This document shows positions 8,796-17,054 of a stretch of 64,000 bases of DNA, piece by piece. Origin of the DNA: Thermoplasmata archaeon. Its GTDB lineage: Archaea > Thermoplasmatota > Thermoplasmata > Lutacidiplasmatales > SKW197. The stretch is from the NCBI GenBank assembly GCA_026414225.1, contig JAOAJK010000002.1:13640-77639 (forward strand). The letters run 5' to 3'. The notes below the pieces were generated by a model that saw only the letters and a list, made by a program, of their open reading frames with translations, was not told the origin of the DNA and made no database searches. A program made the position numbers and the translations under genes. Numbering within the stretch: the first letter of the stretch is position 1; each line of letters starts with the position of its first letter.

Positions 8796-10234
8796 GGGCT
8801 TTGATTTACAATGTATTCAACAATGCATGTGCCGAAGGGCTGAGAAAATTCTATCTGAGGGCAAAGGAACATCCTTTCATGGTGGGCTGGTTTTTTGTGC
8901 TGCTTCTAGCCGGGGAGTGGATGATAATTCAGGTCATTTCTCTCTCGGCCCTTCTGAAACTTAACACGATCGTGTCTTTCTCGTACCGTGATGTGCTGAT
9001 TTTCGGGTTCTTCCTTTTCACGGGAATTGCCTACTCCACCGCTCTCAACCATTTCGTGAAGGAGAGGAAACTTGTGTGGTATTTTTCGCAGCCGGTTGAG
9101 CTCTGGAAAGTTTTTGCCGGAACCTGGCTACTCACATTCTGGCTCATAGAAGGCGTGATTGCGATCGGGCTTTCTACAATGGTGGGAATGGTGCTTCTCC
9201 TCCAGGCACCCGTCTCGATTCCGTTTGATTTTGGCTGGAAACTTGTTTTGGTTGGGGCCCTGGGAAGTTTTGCAGGATTTGCTGGCGGGATTTTCGTATT
9301 TCTCAAGCCAATGAGAAGGAAGATAGGGTATCTCTACCTTTTCTCGATGGTCTACCCCGGGGTATGGTATGCCCTTGAACACCCTCTCCTCTTTGTTCCT
9401 GTGTTCGGTTATGTCTGCCTCCTCCTCTATCTCGCCTACAGGGCGGGACTGGAGGGCTGGAACAACGGCATCGTGCTTGAGAGAGTGCCGAAGAAAACCC
9501 AGATAAGAATTCCCGTCTGTCTGAAAGGGCAGGGAATTAAAAAGCTGGCCCACGCTGAATGGCTTTACATAGTCCGCAACAGCGAGCATGTGAGCATTCC
9601 GCTCGTGGTAGTGTTTGCGTTCTTCGGGCAGATGCTTGCACTTCGCGTGCTTCCGGCCGAAACCCTTACTGGCGCTACAGGAAAGTACACCTATGCCGCA
9701 GTTGCTGGCACAGCCCTTTTCGTTGCCTCGGCCCTGCTTTCAGTGATCAGTGCTTTGAGTGTTGTGGGCAAGGATGGTAGGGCATACTGGGTGCTTAAAA
9801 CTGTGCCTCTGAGCGGGGAAAAAATTATGCTGGCAAAAACCTACTGGGTTCTGCTAACATGCCTGGTTGCTCTGCCGCTGGTGCTTCTTGCTCTGCCCCT
9901 GTACATGTTCAGAAAAATTCCGCTGATTCTGTTTGTGGTTGCCTCTGGGATTTCAAGTGCGTTCATCTCCACTGCAGCTGGAACATGGGGGGCTGCAAGG
10001 TATCCGGATTTCTCGGCGTGGCACCGGGGTTCAACTGATATAATTACCACATACAATGTGCTGATTCTTGCACTCTTGCTGAATGTGGTTTTCCTGGGAA
10101 TTCCCTTGCAAATTTATTTCCACGACAAGGTGCTGGGCATCCTAGCGGCAATATTCTCTGCGGATATGGGTGCTCTGGCTTATCTGGTTGCCTGCAGGGT
10201 GGGGGGCAGGGAGTATGAGAAGATTGAGAAGTAG
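8792..10234 (+). CDS. ABC-2-type exporter permease / polytopic membrane protein
   Basis: GTG start overlapping the ATPase stop. More than 10 predicted TM helices and no soluble domains. Confidence 0.5.
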   Translation: MRALIYNVFNNACAEGLRKFYLRAKEHPFMVGWFFVLLLAGEWMIIQVISLSALLKLNTIVSFSYRDVLIFGFFLFTGIAYSTALNHFVKERKLVWYFSQPVELWKVFAGTWLLTFWLIEGVIAIGLSTMVGMVLLLQAPVSIPFDFGWKLVLVGALGSFAGFAGGIFVFLKPMRRKIGYLYLFSMVYPGVWYALEHPLLFVPVFGYVCLLLYLAYRAGLEGWNNGIVLERVPKKTQIRIPVCLKGQGIKKLAHAEWLYIVRNSEHVSIPLVVVFAFFGQMLALRVLPAETLTGATGKYTYAAVAGTALFVASALLSVISALSVVGKDGRAYWVLKTVPLSGEKIMLAKTYWVLLTCLVALPLVLLALPLYMFRKIPLILFVVASGISSAFISTAAGTWGAARYPDFSAWHRGSTDIITTYNVLILALLLNVVFLGIPLQIYFHDKVLGILAAIFSADMGALAYLVACRVGGREYEKIEK

Positions 10235-10236
10235 AG

Positions 10237-10310
10237 TGCGGGTGCCGGGATTTGAACCCGGGTTACAAGCTTGGCAAGCTTGAGTGATAGCCAGACTACA
10301 CTACACCCGC
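10237..10310 (-). tRNA. tRNA-Gly (anticodon GCC)
   Basis: The reverse complement folds as a cloverleaf. Acceptor is GCGGGTG/CACCCGC, anticodon stem CAAGC/GCTTG with loop TTGCCAA, and T-arm CCGGG-TTCAAAT-CCCGG. Coordinates are accurate to about 2 nt. Confidence 0.75.
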
Positions 10311-10405
10311 TTGCAAGAGGCAAATACCAAGATGGAATATATATCTTTCTTTTGCCTGATAAGTGAAACAGTTTTATATCCCCAGGGATTTACGGACTAC
10401 GCACA
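10311..10405. promoter_or_regulatory. Shared AT-rich divergent promoter region for tRNA-Gly (minus) and tRNA-Pro (plus)
   Basis: ggaatatatatc lies about 30 nt from the tRNA-Gly 5' end on the minus strand. ttttatatcc at about 10371-10380 lies about 28 nt upstream of tRNA-Pro. Confidence 0.45.
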
Positions 10406-10480
10406 GGGGCCGTGGGGTAGCTTGGACTATCCTTCTAGCTTGGGGTGCTAGAGACTCCAGTTCAAATCTGGACGGCCCCA
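10406..10480 (+). tRNA. tRNA-Pro (anticodon GGG)
   Basis: Acceptor is GGGGCCG/CGGCCCC, anticodon stem CTAGC/GCTAG with loop TTGGGGT, and T-arm CTCCAG-TTCAAAT-CTGGA. Confidence 0.75.
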
Positions 10481-10518
10481 TGGAAGTATTTATTATCTAG
10501 CCGTGAATTTCCCCTTTC

Positions 10519-11106
10519 ATGGGAACGAATTTGCATGAAGTGATCGGGCAGGCAGTTGCTGAACTGGATGAAATAGAGGCCGTGAGAGAAATCGCAATAA
10601 AGAATGCAAGAACCATCATCAAACTTTCCAGAAAGATAATCCATATGTCGCACCTCGGCAGCGATGTGAAGGAGGAGTTCAAGAAGCTGAGGGAAGAGAT
10701 GCTGACGGTGAGGGGTCTGTGCGAGAAGATCGATGCCAACAAAATTTTGCCAGTGCTGGAAGATGCCTACCAGGAATTTGGCGAGGTCTGTATTTTTCTT
10801 TCGGTGCTTCGCGGGGAGCCCCTCCCGTCTCACAAGGATTTGGGAATCACGCCGGGGGCATACCTGCTCGCGTGCGGGGATGTGATAGGGGAGTTACGGA
10901 GGTACTGCCTTAACTGTCTGAAGAAGGGCGATGTCGAGAAGGGCACGAAAATTCTCGAAATGATGGAGGAAATTTACAGCGAAATTGAGGTGCTGGATTA
11001 TCCGGCCGCCCTGGTTCCCGTGAAACACAAGATTGATGTGGCCAGGAGCATCATTGACAAAACCAGAAGCGATGTGGCCTATGCAGTAATGACGCGGAGG
11101 GGGTAA
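10519..11106 (+). CDS. All-helical protein, possibly translin family (C3PO-like)
   Basis: 195 aa with a helical composition. It has conserved acidic positions (LEDAYQEFGE, GDVIGELRR) reminiscent of archaeal translin. This is an assignment from memory, not a computed match. Confidence 0.3.
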   Translation: MGTNLHEVIGQAVAELDEIEAVREIAIKNARTIIKLSRKIIHMSHLGSDVKEEFKKLREEMLTVRGLCEKIDANKILPVLEDAYQEFGEVCIFLSVLRGEPLPSHKDLGITPGAYLLACGDVIGELRRYCLNCLKKGDVEKGTKILEMMEEIYSEIEVLDYPAALVPVKHKIDVARSIIDKTRSDVAYAVMTRRG

Positions 11107-11160
11107 AGTTCCCACAGAAAACCCCAAATATTCTTTCCATCTGCAGGGCTTTGTGTAAGA

Positions 11161-12096
11161 ATGGAAACAAGACAGCTAAAGGGTGGCACAAAGAAGAAAA
11201 AAGCCGCCTATGTCTCGGTTGCCTCGAACTCGTTCCTCACACTCTTTAAACTGATTGTTGGCCTCCTCTCCGGTTCCATCAGCATAATTTCCGAATCCCT
11301 CCACTCCCTCAACGACCTGGTTGCCGCCCTGATTGCCACCTATGCGGTCCGTGAATCCTCCAAACCGCCGGATAGGGAGCACCGCTATGGCCATGGCAAA
11401 ATCGAGAGCGTCTCTGCGTTACTGGAGGCATCCCTGATAATTTTTGCAGCCGTTTTCATAATTCACGAGGCCATCGACCGTATAATCAACCCGAGAGAAA
11501 TAATTTTCATGGAACTTGGAATAGCCGTGATGCTCGTCTCGACGGTCCTCAACCTCTTTGTTTCCATCTACCTGAGAAAGGTTGCAAGGGAAACAACCTC
11601 CGCGGCCCTGGAGGCAGACGCAGCCCATCTGAGTGCCGATGTTTACACCTCGCTTGGCGTTTTTCTCGGGCTTGTGGTCATAAGAATGACTGGCTATGTG
11701 CTTCTAGACCCGGTAATCGCAATCCTCGTCGCGGTTTACATCATAAAAATCGGTGTTGAGCTAATTCTGAAAGCGAGCAGGGAATTGATGGACACGGGCA
11801 TAAGCAGAGCCGAGGAAAAGAAGGTGATGGCAATAGTAAATTCCCACAGGGAGCAGTTTGTGGAATTCCACAAATTCCGTTCCAGAAGGTCAGGAAGCGA
11901 AACCTACCTTGACATGCATATTGTGGTTGCAAGGGACAGGACAATCCAGGATGCCCATGAACTCGCAGACCACATCGAAAAGGAAATTGCAACCGAGATG
12001 CCTGGCACCCATGCAATGGTCCACATCGAACCTTGCAACGGCAACTGCAGGGCATGCAATCAAAACATCAGATGCACCAAAAAAACCAAACGCTAA
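11161..12096 (+). CDS. Cation diffusion facilitator (CDF) family metal efflux transporter
   Basis: HSLNDLVAALIATYA and HRYGHGKIES motifs, six TM helices, a cytoplasmic C-terminal domain, and a Cys-rich tail CNGNCRACNQNIRC. Confidence 0.8.
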   Translation: METRQLKGGTKKKKAAYVSVASNSFLTLFKLIVGLLSGSISIISESLHSLNDLVAALIATYAVRESSKPPDREHRYGHGKIESVSALLEASLIIFAAVFIIHEAIDRIINPREIIFMELGIAVMLVSTVLNLFVSIYLRKVARETTSAALEADAAHLSADVYTSLGVFLGLVVIRMTGYVLLDPVIAILVAVYIIKIGVELILKASRELMDTGISRAEEKKVMAIVNSHREQFVEFHKFRSRRSGSETYLDMHIVVARDRTIQDAHELADHIEKEIATEMPGTHAMVHIEPCNGNCRACNQNIRCTKKTKR

Positions 12097-12138
12097 AATT
12101 AATATATTACAACCCCATTATCAAGCGGAGATGAAAAA

Positions 12139-13284
12139 ATGGACATGCTGATAGTTCTCCTGGCAGTTGTGCTAATTTTGGTGGTGCTGGCGATTGCAGC
12201 TAGTGCCGTGAAGATAATCGCACCCTATGAACAGGGGATAAAAGTGGTTCTGGGAACTTACCGCGGGATAATGCACTCCGGTGTAAACTTTGTCGTTCCG
12301 CTGATAACCGATGTGATAAGGATGGACCTGAGGACCCAGGTTCTGGATGTGCCAAGACAGGAAGTAATCACCAAGGACAACTCACCCACGAATGTGGATG
12401 CGATAATTTACATAAAGGTTATTGACCCGAAGAAAGCATACATGGAGGTAACTAACTACAGGATTGCTACAGTCGCGCTCGCCCAGACAACGCTCAGGTC
12501 AGTCATCGGTGACATGGAGCTTGACGAGATTCTCTACAACAGGGCGAAGATAAATGCAAGGCTGCGGGACATTCTGGATGAGGAAACGGACAAGTGGGGA
12601 GTTAAGGTGGAAGCCGTGGAAATCCGCGAAGTTGACCCTGTGGGCCCTGTAAAATCCGCAATGGAGGAGCAGACCGCTGCAGAGCGGCAGAGAAGGGCTG
12701 CAATCCTCCGGGCTGATGGTGAGAAACGCTCCGCGATTCTGGTGGCAGAAGGCAAGAAGAGGGCAAAAATTCTGGAGGCAGAGGGAATCAGGCAGTCAAG
12801 AATTCTGGTGGCAGAAGGTAACCGCCTCGGGACGATTCTGGAGGCACAGGGTGAAGCCCAGCGGCTCAGAATTCTCTCGGTTGGTGCGTTACCCCTTGAC
12901 CAGAAATCCCTCACAGTCCTTTCCCTTGAGGCAGTAAAGAAACTCGGCGAAGGCGCATCCACCAAGTTCATAATTCCATTCGAAGTGACAAAGCTCGTGG
13001 AAGGGGCTGCGGAGTATCTGGGAATGGGCAGGAAGGTGCCTGAAAGGGAGCCGGCAAAAGTTGAAGAAATCGAGAAGGCGGTCGGAAGCGTTGACGATGT
13101 GCTCGGACCGATTCCAAAGCACTCTGAGATAGAAAGCGAAATCAACGAACTTGACAGGGAATTCAAGAAGGAAGCGGAGCAGACAGACATGCTCACCAAG
13201 ACAGGAGCGGACAGATTCCGCCCCCCCGAGGAAGAAAATCCGCCTGAAAGAAAGGTTGTGAAGAAGGAGCGGCTCACAAACTAA
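12139..13284 (+). CDS. SPFH/band-7 (stomatin/prohibitin-like) membrane protein
   Basis: N-terminal TM, then an SPFH core (GIKVVLGTYRGIMHSGVNFVVP...) and a repeated Ala/Arg-rich coiled coil (AILRADGEKRSAILVAEGKKRAKILEAEG). Confidence 0.8.
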   Translation: MDMLIVLLAVVLILVVLAIAASAVKIIAPYEQGIKVVLGTYRGIMHSGVNFVVPLITDVIRMDLRTQVLDVPRQEVITKDNSPTNVDAIIYIKVIDPKKAYMEVTNYRIATVALAQTTLRSVIGDMELDEILYNRAKINARLRDILDEETDKWGVKVEAVEIREVDPVGPVKSAMEEQTAAERQRRAAILRADGEKRSAILVAEGKKRAKILEAEGIRQSRILVAEGNRLGTILEAQGEAQRLRILSVGALPLDQKSLTVLSLEAVKKLGEGASTKFIIPFEVTKLVEGAAEYLGMGRKVPEREPAKVEEIEKAVGSVDDVLGPIPKHSEIESEINELDREFKKEAEQTDMLTKTGADRFRPPEEENPPERKVVKKERLTN

Positions 13285-14270
13285 CTCCCTTTTTCAATCT
13301 CTTTTACAATAAGGTCTGCAAATTTTTTCGTTCCTGTTTCTCCACCGATATCTCGGGTTTTCACACCTGAAGCATAGACAGCGGCAATGGCTTTCCGGAT
13401 ACGGGCCGCCTCTTCCTCCATCTTCAGGTAGTCCAGCATCATGGCGGCGGAGAGTATCATTGCGGTCGGATTTGCTGCATCTTTCCCAGCGATGTCCGGG
13501 GCACTCCCATGCACTGGCTCGAACATTGCATAACTCTCACCAATATTTGCGGACGGTGCAAATCCCAGCCCGCCAACAAGCCCCGCGGCAAGGTCCGATA
13601 GAATGTCCCCGTAGAGGTTGAGGGTGAGGATTACATCGAACCGCTCGGGTGATGTCACCAGCCTGAGAGCGCATGTATCCACATAAACTTCTTCGGTCTC
13701 CACTTCTTCATCCGCCACCTTCTCCCTGAAAATTTCTGCAAAAAGCCCGTCCGTTTTTCTGAGCACATTGCTCTTGTGGACGCATGCAATCTTTTTCCTC
13801 CCGTGTTTCCTGGCATAATCCAGTGCAAAATTCACAATTCGCTCCGATGCCTCCCGTGTGACAATTTTTGCAGCAACCGCATAACTGCCATGATATTCTT
13901 CAAGCCCCACATAAAGGTCTTCGGTGTTTTCCCTGATTATTACCATGTCAATCTCTGGTCTGCCTGGCAGCAAGGTTCTCACGGGGCGAACATTGGCATA
14001 GAGTTTCAATCCCTGGCGTATCGCGAGGAGCGGCGAACGGTAATCTGGAGACGAAGGTGTGGTCAATGCCCCGAAGAGGCAGGCATCCGTGTGCTGGAGC
14101 AGCTGGACAGTTTCTTCGGGCAGGTATTTTCCGTATTTTTTGTAGGCATTCACCCCGATTTCTGCATGGACAAATTTCAAGTTATCGGTGAGGTTTTCTA
14201 GGACTTTAAGGCAGGCATCCATTACCTCTGGCCCGATTCCATCACCTGGTATAACGCAGACCCTATGCAT
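13281..14270 (-). CDS. Isocitrate/3-isopropylmalate dehydrogenase family enzyme (LeuB / homoisocitrate DH-like)
   Basis: N-terminal IPGDGIGPEV, an SPxxxLR-like motif and a C-terminal GSAPDIAGK metal-binding region. Length 329 aa. Confidence 0.75.
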   Translation of the reverse strand: MHRVCVIPGDGIGPEVMDACLKVLENLTDNLKFVHAEIGVNAYKKYGKYLPEETVQLLQHTDACLFGALTTPSSPDYRSPLLAIRQGLKLYANVRPVRTLLPGRPEIDMVIIRENTEDLYVGLEEYHGSYAVAAKIVTREASERIVNFALDYARKHGRKKIACVHKSNVLRKTDGLFAEIFREKVADEEVETEEVYVDTCALRLVTSPERFDVILTLNLYGDILSDLAAGLVGGLGFAPSANIGESYAMFEPVHGSAPDIAGKDAANPTAMILSAAMMLDYLKMEEEAARIRKAIAAVYASGVKTRDIGGETGTKKFADLIVKEIEKGS

Positions 14271-14357
14271 GATTGATTGATAACATACAGATATTTAAGT
14301 GGTTGCTGAAAGCTCTTCCGAAAGAATTAAAAATCACACATGTATTCCTCCTTCCAA

Positions 14358-14430
14358 GCCCTGGTAGTGTAGTGGTCTATCATCTAGGCCTGTCGAGCCT
14401 GGGACTCGGGTTCGAATCCCGACCAGGGCG
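14358..14430 (+). tRNA. tRNA-Asp (anticodon GTC)
   Basis: Acceptor is GCCCTGG/CCAGGGC, anticodon stem TAGGC/GCCTG with loop CTGTCGA, and T-arm TCGGG-TTCGAAT-CCCGA. An AT-rich element ttaaaaat lies about 25 nt upstream. Confidence 0.65.
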
Positions 14431-14435
14431 CTTGT

Positions 14436-15011
14436 CTATAGCAGGAAGGTCACGAGGCACATCACCCCGATTGCAGGGAAGGTGAGCAGAAGGAAATTAT
14501 CGTCCAGATAATAATTTTTCCAGGTTTCGCAGATAATCCCGATCGCGGCGGCTACCAGAGATACGAGTCCAGTATGGAGCAGGGAAAGGGGAGAGATGGA
14601 GACCAGCAACAAAAACATAATGAGGAAATAAACTGTAAAACCGAGCACCCAGGAAAAACCGTAATTCTTCCGTCTGAGTTCACCCATCAGCGGGTCCACC
14701 CATGCAGCAGCAACCACGATGGGAATGCCAACAAAGTAAGGACACATCAGGTAGCACACGAAGAGCCCGACTGCGGACCAGAAAACCGCTGAAAACCTGT
14801 AGCGTTCATAAGGCCTGATCCCGGGTATTTCCCAGTTCCTGGTCACTCTTATGTATTCAAACTCCATCACGCAGATGAGGGAAACAAGCATCGCGTAATT
14901 TTTGTCCAGGGGCGAGAAAAAAAGCGTCGAAGGAATGAGGTAGTAGATCAGGGTGAGCTGCAACCCTATGATGTGAACCGCCCTGCGCAAGAGGTGATGA
15001 TTTGGCTCCAC
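14436..15011 (-). CDS. Polytopic membrane protein of unknown function (small lipid/polyprenyl-processing-like)
   Basis: 191 aa with 5-6 TM helices. No confident motif; CarS-like or dolichol-kinase-like is possible but unsupported. Confidence 0.35.
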   Translation of the reverse strand: MEPNHHLLRRAVHIIGLQLTLIYYLIPSTLFFSPLDKNYAMLVSLICVMEFEYIRVTRNWEIPGIRPYERYRFSAVFWSAVGLFVCYLMCPYFVGIPIVVAAAWVDPLMGELRRKNYGFSWVLGFTVYFLIMFLLLVSISPLSLLHTGLVSLVAAAIGIICETWKNYYLDDNFLLLTFPAIGVMCLVTFLL

Positions 15012-15044
15012 GGAAGTGTTTAGACAGTCCCACTATATAATCTT

Positions 15045-15923
15045 TCAGAGATATTCGTATTTTCTCGCCATTTCCTCAAGCTTTGCAATCCGTTTTTCAA
15101 TGGGAGGATGGGTCGACAGCAAGTTCACAATTGTGCTGGCACTGAACGGGTTTACGATGAAGAGCGATGAGGTTGCTGGATTACCGGTAGTCATAGGTCT
15201 TCTTTTCACACCCTTATCCAGTTTTCGCAGAGCATCAGCCAGGGCCATCGGATTCCTTATCAACCTTGCGCCTGTAGCATCTGCCTTGTATTCCCTCGCC
15301 CTGGAAATTGCAAGTTGGACGAGCATTGCGGCAATTGGCAGGGTTATCGCAGCAACTACCGCAATCGCGAGGATCAATGGACTGACTTCCCTATCCTTTC
15401 TTCCACCGTAAAACATTGAGTAGAATACGAACCTTGCGATAATTGAGATTGCAGCGGCGATCACCGATGCAATGGTCATCACGAGGATATCGCGGTTTTT
15501 AATATGGGAAACCTCGTGGGCAATCACACCCGCCAATTCCTTATCATTGAGCAAAGCCAGGATGCCTTCTGTTACGGCTACCGTTGCATTTTTCGGGTTT
15601 CTGCCAGTGGCAAATGCGTTGGGTGTTTGAACGGGAATCACGGCAACTCTCGGCATCGGGATGTTTGCACGGTGGGCCGCATCCTCCACGATTGAGAACA
15701 ACCGGGGATACTGGTGCCTTTCCACTATTCTGGCCCCGTACGACCAGAGCACGATTCTGTCGCTGAAGAAGTAGGCAAACAGATTGACAAAGATTGCAAA
15801 ACCGAGGAAGAGAATCACGAACTCCATCGAGTTGCCGAGGAAATAGCCCGCCAGGTATCCGATTCCCACCAGGATGCCCGTGAGGAGTACAAACAATCCA
15901 GCAGTGCGAAGTTGCGGGTTCAT
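15045..15923 (-). CDS. htpX: HtpX-family M48 zinc metalloprotease
   Basis: HExxH in VIAHEVSHIKNRD, N-terminal TM helices, and an M48 C-terminal region. Confidence 0.8.
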   Translation of the reverse strand: MNPQLRTAGLFVLLTGILVGIGYLAGYFLGNSMEFVILFLGFAIFVNLFAYFFSDRIVLWSYGARIVERHQYPRLFSIVEDAAHRANIPMPRVAVIPVQTPNAFATGRNPKNATVAVTEGILALLNDKELAGVIAHEVSHIKNRDILVMTIASVIAAAISIIARFVFYSMFYGGRKDREVSPLILAIAVVAAITLPIAAMLVQLAISRAREYKADATGARLIRNPMALADALRKLDKGVKRRPMTTGNPATSSLFIVNPFSASTIVNLLSTHPPIEKRIAKLEEMARKYEYL

Positions 15924-15974
15924 GATGGATAATTTACGGAGGAGATACTTTAATTTTTCGGAGACCGCACCCGT

Positions 15975-16253
15975 TTGGGAGCGAAACTTTTATTTGGTAT
16001 GGCACAATTCGGGATAAATAGTGGTAAGATGCGCACATACATAACCCTCCAGCTGCACTCTGACGGTGCTACATTCTCAGAAGTAGCAGAATTACTCGAA
16101 GGCCTTGGTTTCAAGCCAGTTAAGGGCTACTATGATTTCGTGTATGAATGGGACAGAAAGGCGACAGTAAAGGACTCGCTCTGGTTTGCGGACAAGATTC
16201 ACACAGCTCTGAAAGGAAAAAAAGTTTATTTCAGAATTGAAACAGTTGACTAG
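15975..16253 (+). CDS. Small hypothetical protein (true start probably the ATG near 16029)
   Basis: ORF only. A TATA-like cttttatttgg lies about 30 nt upstream of the internal Met. Confidence 0.3.
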   Translation: MGAKLLFGMAQFGINSGKMRTYITLQLHSDGATFSEVAELLEGLGFKPVKGYYDFVYEWDRKATVKDSLWFADKIHTALKGKKVYFRIETVD

Positions 16254-16256
16254 TTC

Positions 16257-16448
16257 TCACATCATCCTCTTTACCGTTATCGGGATAACCCCTTTTTCAA
16301 ATTCTGCCTCTGCAATTTTCACAGGGTCTATCTCACCCCTGGGAACATCTATCAGCACCGGCGCACCCATCGAAATTTGGAGGGCCCTCGCCCCGATAAT
16401 TCTTGCTTTTTCAAACCTCGTATATTTCATCATCTTCATCATCTCCAT
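16257..16448 (-). CDS. rpoK: DNA-directed RNA polymerase subunit K (Rpo6/omega)
   Basis: [22 protein letters not shown] is the conserved RpoK/Rpb6 core. Confidence 0.75.
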   Translation of the reverse strand: MEMMKMMKYTRFEKARIIGARALQISMGAPVLIDVPRGEIDPVKIAEAEFEKGVIPITVKRMM

Positions 16449-17028
16449 TTGCGCTAGAGTAAAGGGAAATTAAAATCATTTTCCGTCTCTCTTTTTCATG
16501 CAACTTCATTATCTTGTTCTTTCCTATTTCCATCGCGGTGTTGAGGAGGAAAACGAGCGATTTCTCCTCCTCCTGGAGTTTTTTCATCTCTTCCTGCAGC
16601 TCCCGGATGAGTTTGCGAAGTTGCTGGAGGCTCTTCTCACCCTCTTCTTTTGCGATTTGGTCAATCTGTTTGAGGTATTTCCTGTGTTTATCCAAAACCT
16701 CATTTTCGTCCATCCCTGGCACAAAATAAACTTCATCAAAGAGATTCGGCTGGAGTGAAATCCACAGAACAAATGAGCGTGTGGGAAAATAACATTTCCG
16801 CTTTGGGCCTTCATGACTTTCCTCCTCAACGCACTCAACTATTCCATACCTCTCAAGAATCTTGATATGCTTCATCACCGCCTGCTGGGTCGTTCCGAGT
16901 TCCCTTGCAAGCTGGAGTGTGTAGCACCTACCCTGCACTATCCTGCTCAGAATTTTTCTGCGAAGGGGATTGTGCACCACCATTAAAAAATCGTCGATCG
17001 TCAGCGCATTCTTCTGCTTTGGTTCCAT
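16411..17028 (-). CDS. ArsR-like winged-HTH transcriptional regulator with C-terminal coiled coil
   Basis: [46 protein letters not shown] is a wHTH. The C-terminal 90 aa are heptad-rich with an acidic tail. Confidence 0.5.
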   Translation of the reverse strand: MEPKQKNALTIDDFLMVVHNPLRRKILSRIVQGRCYTLQLARELGTTQQAVMKHIKILERYGIVECVEEESHEGPKRKCYFPTRSFVLWISLQPNLFDEVYFVPGMDENEVLDKHRKYLKQIDQIAKEEGEKSLQQLRKLIRELQEEMKKLQEEEKSLVFLLNTAMEIGKNKIMKLHEKERRKMILISLYSSANGDDEDDEIYEV

Positions 17029-17054
17029 AGTAGTTAACCACCCATTTATAACCT

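Noticed and set aside
16237-16473. 78-aa plus-strand ORF overlapping rpoK
   Set aside because: The opposite-strand product carries the unmistakable RpoK/Rpb6 core ([16 protein letters not shown]). The plus ORF is hydrophobic junk.
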